Source: Planctomycetota bacterium (GTDB lineage: Bacteria > Planctomycetota > B15-G4). Taken from it: DNA of 64,000 nt. The notes under the pieces were generated by a model that ran no database searches, was not told where the DNA came from, and saw only the letters and a list, made by a program, of their open reading frames with translations. Within the stretch, counting starts at the first letter, position 1, and every line of letters starts with the position of its first letter. A program made the position numbers and the translations under genes. Below, piece after piece: positions 47,483-57,403 of this stretch. Where the stretch lies: contig CBDFJQ010000002.1 of assembly GCA_965248575.1 (NCBI GenBank), positions 1,056,001 through 1,120,000 on the forward strand, read 5' to 3'.

Positions 47483-48625
47483 ATGGCAGCCGCCAGCAAA
47501 ACGGCCAACCGCAACGCGAAGGCAAGCGGGTCCAAGTCGAAGACCCAGATGTCCTCGGCTACCGCAGCCCAGCAAACCGCAGGACGCGGCGCCGCGGCCG
47601 AAACCCAGGTGGACACGACCCTCGCCCAGATCGAGAAGCAGTTCGGCGAAGGCGCCATCATGCGCCTGGGCGATCACGTGCCGGAGCCCGTTGAAGGCAT
47701 CTCCACGGGCTCACTCTCCCTGGATGTGGCCTTGGGCGGCAACGGCCTGCCGAAGGGGCGCATCGTGGAGGTGTTCGGACCTGAGTCCTCCGGTAAGACC
47801 ACCCTCACGCTGCACCTCATCGCCAATGCCCAGAAGAAGGGCGGAACCTGCGCCTTCATCGATGCCGAGCACGCTCTGGACCCGGAATACGCCAGGAAGC
47901 TCGGCGTGGACGTGGAGAATCTGATCGTCTCCCAGCCGGACAGCGGCGAGCAGGCGCTCGAGATCTGCGAGATGCTGGTGCGCAGCAACGCCTTCGCCTG
48001 CGTGGTGATCGACTCCGTGGCCGCCCTGGTCCCGCGCGCCGAGCTCGAGGGCGAGATGGGTGACACCCATGTGGGCCTTCAGGCTCGCCTCATGTCCCAG
48101 GCCATGCGAAAGCTGACAGGCGCCATCTCCCGCGGTGGCAGTTGCGTCATCTTCATCAACCAGATCCGCGAGAAGATCGGGGTCTTCTTCGGCAGCCCTG
48201 AGACCACCACGGGTGGCCGGGCCCTGAAGTTCTACTCCTCCGTGCGCTTGGATATCCGCCGCATCGGCTCCCTCAAGCTGGGGGATGCGGTCATCGGCAA
48301 CCGGGCACGGGTCACGGTGGTCAAGAACAAGATGGCACCGCCTTTCCGCAAGGCAGAGTTCGACATCGTGTTCAACAAGGGCATCTCCTACGAGGGCGAC
48401 GTGCTGGACATCGCCGTGGAACACAACATCGTCAAGAAGTCGGGCTCCTGGCTGTCGTACGGCGCCACGCGCATTGGCCAGGGCCGGGAAAAAGCCCGCG
48501 ATTTCCTGCTCCAAAACGTGGATATTCTTCAGGAGATCGAGGGCAAGGTGCGCGATGTCTTGATGCCCAAGGTCGAAAGCACGCCAGCTCCGGCCCCAGA
48601 ACAATCTGCTGAGGCAGAAGGTTGA
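47483..48625 (+). CDS. recA: Recombinase RecA
   Basis: [67 protein letters not shown] before ATG 47483. Confidence 0.98.
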   Translation: MAAASKTANRNAKASGSKSKTQMSSATAAQQTAGRGAAAETQVDTTLAQIEKQFGEGAIMRLGDHVPEPVEGISTGSLSLDVALGGNGLPKGRIVEVFGPESSGKTTLTLHLIANAQKKGGTCAFIDAEHALDPEYARKLGVDVENLIVSQPDSGEQALEICEMLVRSNAFACVVIDSVAALVPRAELEGEMGDTHVGLQARLMSQAMRKLTGAISRGGSCVIFINQIREKIGVFFGSPETTTGGRALKFYSSVRLDIRRIGSLKLGDAVIGNRARVTVVKNKMAPPFRKAEFDIVFNKGISYEGDVLDIAVEHNIVKKSGSWLSYGATRIGQGREKARDFLLQNVDILQEIEGKVRDVLMPKVESTPAPAPEQSAEAEG

Positions 48626-48736
48626 TGGACCCGTTGATGGCACCGAAGTTGGCCCCGAACTGCCGTATCCATCACTGACAAGATGTCCGTGCGTCTGACG
48701 CACGCCCTGCTGGTTGATGGCACGAGTTGCCCCACG

Positions 48737-48774
48737 CGCACGCCGCCGAGGTTTGGATTCCTCGGCGGCGTGCG
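48737..48774 (+). terminator. 15-bp perfect hairpin between recA and alaS
   Basis: CGCACGCCGCCGAGG-tttggatt-CCTCGGCGGCGTGCG; no U-tract. Confidence 0.5.
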
Positions 48775-48851
48775 TCGGCACTTGGGCCAATCGTTCAGCC
48801 AGGGTGTGCGGGCGTCCAGGCCGCGGCACCGACCACACACTGGCTAGACCC

Positions 48852-51533
48852 ATGACCCGGACACCCGACACGATTCGCGAACAGTACCTCCAGTTCTTCC
48901 AGGACAGGGGGCACACGCGACATCCATCCGACGGATTGGTTCCCGAGAACGACCCGACGCTGCTGTTCACCGGCGCTGGCATGAACCAGTTCAAAGCCGA
49001 GTTCCTGGGCAAGGGCAGCCTTCCGTTCAAGCGGGCCACCACATCCCAGAAGTGCTTGCGGATGCCCGACCTCGACAACGTCGGACGCACGTCGTCGCAC
49101 CACACATTCTTCGAGATGCTCGGCAACTTCTCCTTTGGCGACTACTTCAAGCAGGACGCCATCACCTGGGCCTGGGAGTTGCTGACGGGGGTGTTCGGTC
49201 TGCCGGCCGACCGACTGAGCGTCACGGTCTACAAGGACGATGACGAAGCGGCCGAGATCTGGGCTGATGGGGTGGGCCTGCCCGCTGAGCGGATCTTCCG
49301 CTGCGACGAAGACGAGAACTTCTGGCCGGCCTCAGCTCCCTCCAAGGGGCCCAACGGGATTTGCGGCCCGTGCTCCGAGATCTACTTCGACTACTACCCG
49401 GAGCGGGGGGCCTTGCCCTCGGCGGGCCCGGGCGAAGACGGCGCGCGCCTGGTCGAGATCTGGAACCTCGTGTTCACGCAGTTCGAACGGCAGGACGGCG
49501 GCGTTCTCAAGCCGCTCCCGAATGCCAACATCGATACTGGAATGGGCTTCGAGCGCATCGTCCGCGTGCTGGAGTCGATGGACCGGGGGACGGTCCTTCC
49601 CAGCAACTTCGAAACGTTGCTGTTTGCCCCTCTGATGGAACAGGTCCACGAGCATGTGGGTCGGGAGACAGCCTTCGGAACGCCGGAGGGCGAACGCACG
49701 CGGCGCATCGTCGATCATGTGCGCGCGGCGGCCTTCTGCATCGGCGACGGCGTCCAACCCAGCAACGAGAAGCAGGGCTATGTCGTGCGCAAGGTCCTGC
49801 GGCGCGCCATGCTCGACCGCCACCTCTTGGGTGGAGATGTGCGCACCCCGTGGCTCTGTACCCTGGCCGAGGCCATCATCTCCTCCATGCAAGCTGCCTG
49901 GCCCGAGCTGGGCGAAGCCCGAAGCATGGTGAGTTCCGTCATCGCCGCCGAAGAAGAACGCTTCGCGGGCGCCTTCCTTTCCGGGTCACAGCGGCTGTCC
50001 GTGTTGGCCAAACAAGCCCGGGATGCCGGGCAGGAACAACTCTCAGGCGAACAGGCCTTCCTGCTCTATGACACCTTCGGGCTGCCGGTGGACATGCAGA
50101 AGCAACTGCTCGACAACGAGGGCCTCGAGGTCGATGAGGCCGGCTACAGAGACGCCATGGCCGAACAACGGCGGCGCTCCCGTGAGTCGTCCAAGATCTC
50201 CGATTCCATCTTCGATGAGGGGCCGCTCGCCGCGGTGTCCGGGAGCTTGCCCGCCACGGAGTTCGTGCGTGACGGATTGGAACTCAACGGCGCGAACATC
50301 CTCGCTGTCGTGGACGACACAGAAGACCCGGGCGACTCCTCTTCCGAAACGACCGCCGAGCAGAAGGTCGTCGTCGTGTTGGATCGCACGCCCTTCTACG
50401 CAGAAGGTGGCGGCCAGGTGGGCGATCGGGGAATTCTGGTGGGGGCAGATTTCCGCATCGAGATCGACGATGTGGTCAGCCTGCGAGGGATTTCCCTGCA
50501 CCGCGGAGCCGTCCTCGAGGGCGAGGCCCGACCAGGGCCGTGCACGGCGCGAGTCGATCAGGACGCACGCGATGCCACCGGCCGCAACCACACCGCAACG
50601 CACCTGCTTCATGCGGCACTCCACAGCATCCTCGGCGAAGACGTCACCCAGGCGGGCTCCCACGTGAACCCCGAGCGGCTGCGCTTCGACTTCCGGTTCC
50701 CCCGGGCACTCACAGAGGACGAACTCCGGGCAGTGGAAGACCTCGTCAACCACTGGATCCTGGGCAACGAGCTGGTGAGCGGGGAAGAGATGGGTCGAGA
50801 CGAGGCTCGTGAACTCGGCGCCATGGCGCTGTTCGGCGAGAAGTACGGCGACGTGGTGCGCGTCGTGCAGGTGCCCAATCGGCGGGGGCCCAAGAGCGTG
50901 GAACTCTGCGGCGGCACCCACGTGGGCCGCTCTGGGGATATCGGCATGTTCCGGGTCACCACCGAGACCAGCATCGCTGCCGGCATCCGCCGTATCGAAG
51001 CGCGCACTGGTGCAGGAGTGCTCCAGCTTCTCCGGGAGGACTCCGAACGCGTGCAGCGATCGGCTGCGCTGTTCAAAACCAGCCCCGAGCTGCTCGAGGA
51101 ACGCATCGCGAGCACCCAGAGCGACCTGAAGAGCGCGCGCAAGGAACTGGACCAGCTGCGGGCCGAGATGCTGGAAACCACCCTCGCGAAGTCCGTCGTG
51201 GAAACCCATGGCCTGCGCATCCTCTCCGCAGAGGTTGCTGGGGTCCCCGTGAAGGCCCTGCGCGAGATCATCGGCGAGTCGGTCAAGACCCAGTGCGACC
51301 TGGCCCTCGTGGCCATGGCAGACGGTGGGGGCACGAGCTTCCTGGTCGCCGCCGGCAAGGCTGCCCAGAATGCGGGCCTCAAGGCACGGGACCTGGTGGA
51401 ACAGCTCTGCGCAGCCTTGGACGGCAAGGGCGGTGGGAACGCCGCCTTCGCCCAGGGCCGGGGAGGGCCTCACGAGGACATTCCGGGCCTGCTCACAAGC
51501 GTGGCGCAAGAGGCCCTGGGAGCCGCATCCTGA
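48852..51533 (+). CDS. alaS: Alanine--tRNA ligase
   Basis: DPTLLFTGAGMNQFK, HHTFFEMLGNFSFGDYFK, GPCSEI, DTGMGFER, DHVR, editing HTATHLL..ELCGGTH, C-terminal GGG DHHA1. Confidence 0.98.
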   Translation: MTRTPDTIREQYLQFFQDRGHTRHPSDGLVPENDPTLLFTGAGMNQFKAEFLGKGSLPFKRATTSQKCLRMPDLDNVGRTSSHHTFFEMLGNFSFGDYFKQDAITWAWELLTGVFGLPADRLSVTVYKDDDEAAEIWADGVGLPAERIFRCDEDENFWPASAPSKGPNGICGPCSEIYFDYYPERGALPSAGPGEDGARLVEIWNLVFTQFERQDGGVLKPLPNANIDTGMGFERIVRVLESMDRGTVLPSNFETLLFAPLMEQVHEHVGRETAFGTPEGERTRRIVDHVRAAAFCIGDGVQPSNEKQGYVVRKVLRRAMLDRHLLGGDVRTPWLCTLAEAIISSMQAAWPELGEARSMVSSVIAAEEERFAGAFLSGSQRLSVLAKQARDAGQEQLSGEQAFLLYDTFGLPVDMQKQLLDNEGLEVDEAGYRDAMAEQRRRSRESSKISDSIFDEGPLAAVSGSLPATEFVRDGLELNGANILAVVDDTEDPGDSSSETTAEQKVVVVLDRTPFYAEGGGQVGDRGILVGADFRIEIDDVVSLRGISLHRGAVLEGEARPGPCTARVDQDARDATGRNHTATHLLHAALHSILGEDVTQAGSHVNPERLRFDFRFPRALTEDELRAVEDLVNHWILGNELVSGEEMGRDEARELGAMALFGEKYGDVVRVVQVPNRRGPKSVELCGGTHVGRSGDIGMFRVTTETSIAAGIRRIEARTGAGVLQLLREDSERVQRSAALFKTSPELLEERIASTQSDLKSARKELDQLRAEMLETTLAKSVVETHGLRILSAEVAGVPVKALREIIGESVKTQCDLALVAMADGGGTSFLVAAGKAAQNAGLKARDLVEQLCAALDGKGGGNAAFAQGRGGPHEDIPGLLTSVAQEALGAAS

Positions 51534-51738
51534 GGTCGCAGGCCGCGGGACCGGCAACCCGAGCCCCCAACCCGCGAGATCGCCAAATCGGGAGGCTCAT
51601 GGGCGATGAGGTCTTTTCCGGCAACGCGGCAGCCGGTAGAGTGACCGGTTTGGCCGGAGGGTCTCGGTCGAAGGATTCACCACACCCCCCGACACGGAGC
51701 GATTGAGCTCCGCGCCGGTCGCAGGAGGCGATGAGCCC

Positions 51739-51918
51739 ATGGCTGTTCCGAAGCGGAAGACCTCTAAGGCGCGGAAGCGCAAGCGGAGGGCACACTTGGC
51801 CCTTTCCACGCCGTCCACGTCGGTCTGTGACCGCTGTGGCGCACAGAAAGTGCCTCACGCCGTCTGTGAGGGTTGCGGTCACTACCGCGGCCGCGACGTC
51901 TTGGCACTCGACGCCTGA
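51739..51918 (+). CDS. rpmF: 50S ribosomal protein L32 (Zn-ribbon form)
   Basis: MAVPKRKTSK.R..RRAH, CDRC..H.VCEGCG.Y.GR; AGGAGG upstream. Confidence 0.96.
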   Translation: MAVPKRKTSKARKRKRRAHLALSTPSTSVCDRCGAQKVPHAVCEGCGHYRGRDVLALDA

Positions 51919-51938
51919 CCCGCCGAGCGCTTCGCTCC

Positions 51939-52949
51939 GTGAAAATCGCGATCGATGCTATGGGGGGCGACCACGCGCCTCAGGTCGTCGTAGAAGGAGC
52001 TGCATTGGCCACCCAACAGGGTGTGGTCGATGCACAGAGCTTGCTTCTCGTCGGCCCTGAAGCCGCCCTCCGCCCGGCGCTGGAACAGGCTGGACTGACG
52101 GAGGTCGAGATTCTCGACGCCTCGCAGGTGGTCGAGATGCACGAGAGTCCGTCTGCGGCCATCCGCTCCAAGCCGGACTCCTCCATTGTCGTGGCCATGA
52201 AGGCCGTGAGGGAGGGACACGCCCAGGCTTTCCTGTCCGCAGGGAATACCGGCGCCGTCGTGGCCGCTGCCCAGCTGATCCTGGGTCGCTTGCCAGGTGT
52301 GCAACGACCAGGCATCGCCGTCCCCGTGCCCACGAACACCGGCGCCCCCTGCATCGTCATCGACGTCGGGGCGAACATCTACTGCAAGCCCGAACACATG
52401 CGGCAGTACGCCGTCATGGCCTCTGAGTACAGCAAGGCCAACTTCGGGAAGGCGGCGCCCAACGTCGGCCTGCTGAACATCGGCGCCGAGGAGGGCAAGG
52501 GAAACCCCCTGATCCTCGAGGTGCACGAGCTGCTTCAGGGCAGCGACATCTCCTACAGCGGCTTCGTCGAAGGCCAAGACATCATGGGCGGCGAGATCGA
52601 CGTCGTTGTCTGCGAGGGCTTCGTGGGCAACGTGATCTTGAAGGTTGCCGAGGGCCTGGGCGCGTTCGTGAGCCGCCAGGTCCACGCGGCGTTCGCCCAT
52701 GCGCCACCCGCCGACAACGTCAAGCAAGCCGTGGCAAAGGCATTCCGGAAGCTGGACTACGCCGAATATGGCGGCGCTCCCTTGCTGGGCGTGGGCGCTC
52801 CGGTGCTGATCGGCCACGGCCGTTCCAGCCCCCACGCCATCATGAACATGGTTCACGCATCGCTGAAGTCCATCGAGTACGACGTGACACAGCACATCAC
52901 AGACTGTCTCAGTGTGGCTGCGCACGACACGACCCAGCCCAACACATGA
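51939..52949 (+). CDS. plsX: Phosphate acyltransferase
   Basis: IAIDAMGGDHAP, SAGNTGA, RPGI, D.GAN, LLNIG.EEGKGN, GFVGNV.LK, GGAPLLG..HGRS. Confidence 0.96.
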   Translation: MKIAIDAMGGDHAPQVVVEGAALATQQGVVDAQSLLLVGPEAALRPALEQAGLTEVEILDASQVVEMHESPSAAIRSKPDSSIVVAMKAVREGHAQAFLSAGNTGAVVAAAQLILGRLPGVQRPGIAVPVPTNTGAPCIVIDVGANIYCKPEHMRQYAVMASEYSKANFGKAAPNVGLLNIGAEEGKGNPLILEVHELLQGSDISYSGFVEGQDIMGGEIDVVVCEGFVGNVILKVAEGLGAFVSRQVHAAFAHAPPADNVKQAVAKAFRKLDYAEYGGAPLLGVGAPVLIGHGRSSPHAIMNMVHASLKSIEYDVTQHITDCLSVAAHDTTQPNT

Positions 52950-52986
52950 CCCCGACCAATCCTCGGATCTGGCCCAGGACAGCCTC

Positions 52987-53973
52987 ATGACGAAAACACC
53001 CTTTGGAATCCTCGGCACGGGCTCCGCTGTCCCCGAGCACGCCCTCACCAACGACGAGATCTCGAAGCGCGTCGACACCTCGGACGAGTGGATCACCAAG
53101 CGCACAGGCATCAAGGAGCGCAGGATCCTCGGGCAGGGCCTGACCACGTCCGACCTGTGCCACGAGGCTTCGGTCAAGGCCATCGAGGACGCCGGCCTGA
53201 CGCCGCAGGACATCAGCTTGATCGTCCTGGGCACCGTGACCCCTGACCGACAGGTGGCAGCGACGGCCTGCAAGGTGCAGCAGATGCTGGGCTGCAACGA
53301 CATCCCGGCCTTCGACATGGCAGCGGGCTGCAGTGGCTTCGTCTACGGCAGCGTCATTGCTAGCCGCTTCCTCTGGACCGGCGGCCACGACAACGTGCTC
53401 GTGATCGGCGCCGAAGCCCTGTCGCGCATCGTCAACTACGACGACCGCAGCTCCTGCATCCTGTTCGGAGATGGAGCGGGCGCCGTGGTGTATGGCACTG
53501 GCTTCAAGGGCAAGGAGCTGCTTTCGAACTCGTTCTCCTCCAGCGGCGAGGGCTATGAGGTCATGCACACCATGGCCGGCGGAGCCGAGACGCCCCTCAC
53601 GCATGAACTCCTGGACGCCAACGAGCACAAGCTCGTCATCAAGGGGCGCGAGGTCTACAAGTTCGCGGTCAACAAGATGGTGGAGCTCGTACGCAAGGAG
53701 ATGGAGGCCAACCCGGACCTCGAGCTGGGCGCCGTCATCCCTCACCAAGTGAACATGCGCATTCTCGAGTCGGCCCGGGAGAAGCTCGGCCTCTCGTCGG
53801 ACCAGATCTTCGTGAACATCGATCGCTACGGGAACACCTCGGCCGCGTCAGTGCCATTGGCCCTGGACGAGGCGGTGCGATCCGGCTTCATGGATGGCAT
53901 GGAGGGCAAGCTCGTGGTGATGTGCGCCTTCGGCGCCGGGCTCACGTGGGGCTCCCTGGGGTTCCGCTGGTGA
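52987..53973 (+). CDS. fabH: 3-oxoacyl-ACP synthase III
   Basis: DTSDEWI..RTGI.ERR, AGCSGF, LFGDGAGA, PHQ.N.RI, GNTSAAS, FGAGLTWG. Confidence 0.96.
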   Translation: MTKTPFGILGTGSAVPEHALTNDEISKRVDTSDEWITKRTGIKERRILGQGLTTSDLCHEASVKAIEDAGLTPQDISLIVLGTVTPDRQVAATACKVQQMLGCNDIPAFDMAAGCSGFVYGSVIASRFLWTGGHDNVLVIGAEALSRIVNYDDRSSCILFGDGAGAVVYGTGFKGKELLSNSFSSSGEGYEVMHTMAGGAETPLTHELLDANEHKLVIKGREVYKFAVNKMVELVRKEMEANPDLELGAVIPHQVNMRILESAREKLGLSSDQIFVNIDRYGNTSAASVPLALDEAVRSGFMDGMEGKLVVMCAFGAGLTWGSLGFRW

Positions 53974-54971
53974 GCGCTGCGGAGCAAGACACCCAAGCCG
54001 GCATCCTCTTTCCTGGGCAGGGCGCACAGGCGCTGGGCATGGGTTTGGACATTGCTGCAGCCCACCCGGCAGCGAAGCAGGTCTTTGAACTCGGTGCCGA
54101 TGTACTCGGCCTCGATCTTGCTGCCATCATCGCGGGCGATGACCAGGCTGCCCTGGATCGGACGGACGTGTGCCAGCCAGCCATCCTCGTGACCTCCCTG
54201 GCCGTCATGGCCGCCGCCGAAGCCAGCGGCCAGCTGGACGGCTCGTCGGTGGACAGCTGCGCGGGTCTCAGCCTGGGTGAATACACCGCCCTCGCCTGGG
54301 CGGGCGCCCTGGAGTGGGCGGACGCCATCCGCCTCGTGCGTACCCGCGGTGCGGCCATGCAACAAGCCTCCGAACAGAACCCCAGCGGCATGCTGTCGCT
54401 GGTGGGTGCAACGGTTGAGTCGGCCCAGGCTGTCTGCGAAGCGGCGCGAGGGACAGGCGTGTTGGTCGTCGCCAATGTGCTGGCCCCCGGCCAGGTGGCC
54501 ATCGCAGGAACCCACGACGCTCTCGACCGGGCCGCTGGCATCCTCAAGGAACACAAGATCCGCAAGGGCGTGAAACTGCCCGTCGCGGGAGCATTCCATT
54601 CGCCCTGCATGGAATCCGCAGGGGCCGCTCTGGCGGAGGCGCTTGAGTCCACGCCCTTCAAGCAGCCTCGCGTGCCTGTGGTCATGAACGTGACCGGCAC
54701 GGCCACGCGCGACCCCGAGCAGATGCGCGACCTGCTGCGGCGCCAGATGACGTCGCCCGTCCTCTGGCGTGACTCCATGGACGCGCTCTTCGGGCGTGGG
54801 GTCACCCAGTTCTTCGAACCCGCCCCCGGCAAGCAGCTCACCAACATGCTGCGCCGCTACGATCGGGAGCAAAACGAACACATGACCGTGACGACTGGTG
54901 GCGACGTCGCGGAACTGGACGCGTTGTCAGCGTGGCCAGGGACTGCTGCCGCGAGTGGAGAGGCACCATGA
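53970..54971 (+). CDS. fabD: Malonyl-CoA:ACP transacylase
   Basis: FPGQG.Q..GMG, QPAI, GLSLGEY, R..AMQ, GAFHS, PVLW. Confidence 0.95.
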   Translation: MSAAEQDTQAGILFPGQGAQALGMGLDIAAAHPAAKQVFELGADVLGLDLAAIIAGDDQAALDRTDVCQPAILVTSLAVMAAAEASGQLDGSSVDSCAGLSLGEYTALAWAGALEWADAIRLVRTRGAAMQQASEQNPSGMLSLVGATVESAQAVCEAARGTGVLVVANVLAPGQVAIAGTHDALDRAAGILKEHKIRKGVKLPVAGAFHSPCMESAGAALAEALESTPFKQPRVPVVMNVTGTATRDPEQMRDLLRRQMTSPVLWRDSMDALFGRGVTQFFEPAPGKQLTNMLRRYDREQNEHMTVTTGGDVAELDALSAWPGTAAASGEAP

Positions 54972-55711
54972 CGGATCTTTCCGGTAAGACCGCCATCGTC
55001 ACCGGCGCATCGCGCGGGATCGGCTTGGGCATCACGCAGACCCTGGCACGCGCCGGCTGCAAGGTTGCAGCCGTGGCCACCTCCGAGACGTCGGCAGAGC
55101 GCGGGGCCGCCGCGGCACGGGAGCTGGGGGTCGAGGCCCTCGCCTTCGCCGCTGACGTCCGCGACAGCGCTCGGGCCCAGGAAATCGCCACCGAGGTCGC
55201 CAAGACCTGGGGCGGCATCGACATCCTGGTCAACAACGCGGGCATCACCCGCGACGGCCTGCTGATGAAGATGTCGGACGAGGACATCGACAGCGTGATC
55301 GACATCAATCTCAAGGCAGCGCTGTTCTATTCGCGCGCCGTAGCACGGCCCATGATCAAGGCCCGCACCGGTTCCATCATCAATGTCTCGTCGATCGTGG
55401 GTCTCGTGGGCAGCGCCGGACAGAGCAACTATGCCGCCGCCAAGGCCGGCCTTTTCGGCGTCACACGCTCCCTGGCCGCGGAGTTCGGAGCCCGGGGGGT
55501 CCGTGTCAACGCCATCGCCCCTGGCTACATCCAGACGGATATGACCTCGGAGCTGCCCGAAGAAGTCAAGGAGCAGAGCCGGAAGGCCATCCCCATGGGC
55601 CGCTTCGGAGACCCCGAGGACATCGCAAATGGCGTCCTTTTCCTGGCTTCTGACGCCGCAGGCTATGTGACGGGGACCACCCTCGTGATCGACGGGGGCA
55701 TGTCCCTCTAG
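54968..55711 (+). CDS. fabG: 3-oxoacyl-ACP reductase
   Basis: VTGASRGIG, NNAGITRD, YAAAKAG, PGYIQTDMT, DGGM. Confidence 0.96.
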   Translation: MTDLSGKTAIVTGASRGIGLGITQTLARAGCKVAAVATSETSAERGAAAARELGVEALAFAADVRDSARAQEIATEVAKTWGGIDILVNNAGITRDGLLMKMSDEDIDSVIDINLKAALFYSRAVARPMIKARTGSIINVSSIVGLVGSAGQSNYAAAKAGLFGVTRSLAAEFGARGVRVNAIAPGYIQTDMTSELPEEVKEQSRKAIPMGRFGDPEDIANGVLFLASDAAGYVTGTTLVIDGGMSL

Positions 55712-55861
55712 GAGCCTTTCCGGGCCCAAAGAGCAAGAGCAGAAGCAGTTTTCCCGGCGCCTTGACTTGGGCCGGGGCCTCAGCAAACTATTCGATTCAT
55801 CGGGTCGGACCAATCCACCCGAAGCCGGGCGACATGCCCATCCAAGAGACGGAGAGAACAG

Positions 55862-56110
55862 GTGCCTTCGACGCAGGAGATCGAGGAGAAAGTCGTCGCC
55901 ATCGTCTGTGAGCAGATGGGCGCGAGCAAGGAGAAGGTCAGCACGAGCACATCCTTCATCCAGGATCTCGGTGCAGACTCTCTCGACACCGTCGAGTTGG
56001 TCATGGAGTTCGAGGATCACTTCAACATCAGCATCCCTGATGAAGAGGCCGAGAAGATCCAGACCGTCGGCGATGCAGTGAGCTACATCTCGAACCACTC
56101 CGGTAGCTGA
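55862..56110 (+). CDS. acpP: Acyl carrier protein
   Basis: [29 protein letters not shown]; possible own promoter TTGACT at 55762. Confidence 0.97.
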   Translation: MPSTQEIEEKVVAIVCEQMGASKEKVSTSTSFIQDLGADSLDTVELVMEFEDHFNISIPDEEAEKIQTVGDAVSYISNHSGS

Positions 56111-56135
56111 GCCACACGAGGCGATTCGGCCCATC

Positions 56136-57401
56136 ATGAACGATAGGGAACGAGAACCTCTTCGGCGCTCGGTCGTCGTCACTGGTCTGGGTGCAGTCTG
56201 CGGTCTAGGTCTCTCTTTCGCAGAGGTCTGGGACGGGCTGGTGCACGGACGCAGCGGCGTCGGACCCATCACGCATTTCGACACGACGGACTATCGGACC
56301 ACCTTCGGTGCGTTGGTTCCGAAGTTCGATGCTGCCGAGTTGTTTGGCGTCAAAGAGGCCCGCAAGCTGGATCCCTTCACCCAGTTCGCGCTGCTGGCGG
56401 CCAAGGATTGCATCGACGATTCCGGGATCGATTTCGAGCAACACGATCGGGACCGGATCGGATGCATCATGGGCACGGGGATCGGTGGCATCACGTCCAT
56501 CGAAGGGCACCATCTGGTGATGCTGGAGCGGGGCGTTCGACGCGCCTCGCCGCACTTCATCCCCAAGATGATGCCGAACGCCGTCAGCGGTCAAATCAGC
56601 ATCGTGCACGGTTTGCGTGGGACGAACTTCGCCACCAGTTCAGCGTGCGCGTCGGCAGGTCATGCCTTGGGCATGGCGCTGCGGACGATCCAGTACGGCG
56701 AAGCAGATGTGGTTCTCTCGGGCGGCTCTGAAGCACCCATCTCGACCCAGGCCGTTGCAGCCTTCGGTGCCATGAAGGCACTGTCCACGCGCAATGAAGC
56801 ACCGCAGGAAGCGTCCCGCCCCTTCGACAAGGATCGGGATGGATTCGTCATGGGTGAGGGAGCCTCGGTGCTCATGTTGGAAGAACGCCAGCATGCGCTC
56901 GACCGTGGTGCGCGCATCTACGCCGAGTTCGTGGGCTATGGGTCCACCGCTGACGCTTTCCACATCACCCAGCCCAAGGAAGATGCCGACGGCCCCACGC
57001 GCGCCATCAACTTGGCGTTGGCGGACGGAGGCCTGGTGCCCAGCGATGTGGACTACATCAACGCGCACGGCACATCGACCTACTTCAACGACCTGGTCGA
57101 GACCACGGCCTTGCGTCGGGTCTTCAAGGAGCACGCCGACAAGTTGGCGGTCTCCAGCAGCAAGTCCATGGTGGGGCATCTGCTGGGTGGCTCTGCGGCG
57201 GTCGAGGCAGCTGTCACGGCCAAGTCCATTTCAGAAGGGCTTGTGCACTGCACGCTCAACCACCATGAGCCCGGCGAGGGTTGCGACCTCGACTACATCC
57301 CCGGCGAAGCCAGGGCCCTGGCGGTGCGCACGGCCGTGAGCAACTCGCTCGGCTTCGGTGGACACAACGTCAGTCTCGCCTTCAGCAAGGCTCAAGTCTG
57401 A
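56136..57401 (+). CDS. fabF: 3-oxoacyl-ACP synthase II
   Basis: VVVTGLG, SACASA, SRPFD..RDGFVMGEG, NAHGTST, KSMVGHLLG, SNSLGFGGHN. Confidence 0.96.
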   Translation: MNDREREPLRRSVVVTGLGAVCGLGLSFAEVWDGLVHGRSGVGPITHFDTTDYRTTFGALVPKFDAAELFGVKEARKLDPFTQFALLAAKDCIDDSGIDFEQHDRDRIGCIMGTGIGGITSIEGHHLVMLERGVRRASPHFIPKMMPNAVSGQISIVHGLRGTNFATSSACASAGHALGMALRTIQYGEADVVLSGGSEAPISTQAVAAFGAMKALSTRNEAPQEASRPFDKDRDGFVMGEGASVLMLEERQHALDRGARIYAEFVGYGSTADAFHITQPKEDADGPTRAINLALADGGLVPSDVDYINAHGTSTYFNDLVETTALRRVFKEHADKLAVSSSKSMVGHLLGGSAAVEAAVTAKSISEGLVHCTLNHHEPGEGCDLDYIPGEARALAVRTAVSNSLGFGGHNVSLAFSKAQV

Positions 57402-57403
57402 GC

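Noticed and set aside
48633..48660. TGGCACCG as a T-box for alaS, or TGGCAC-N5-TTGG as a sigma54 promoter
   Set aside because: No room for stem I and no terminator/antiterminator with a U-tract; the sigma54 -12 GC is missing in one copy and the spacing is wrong (N3) in the other
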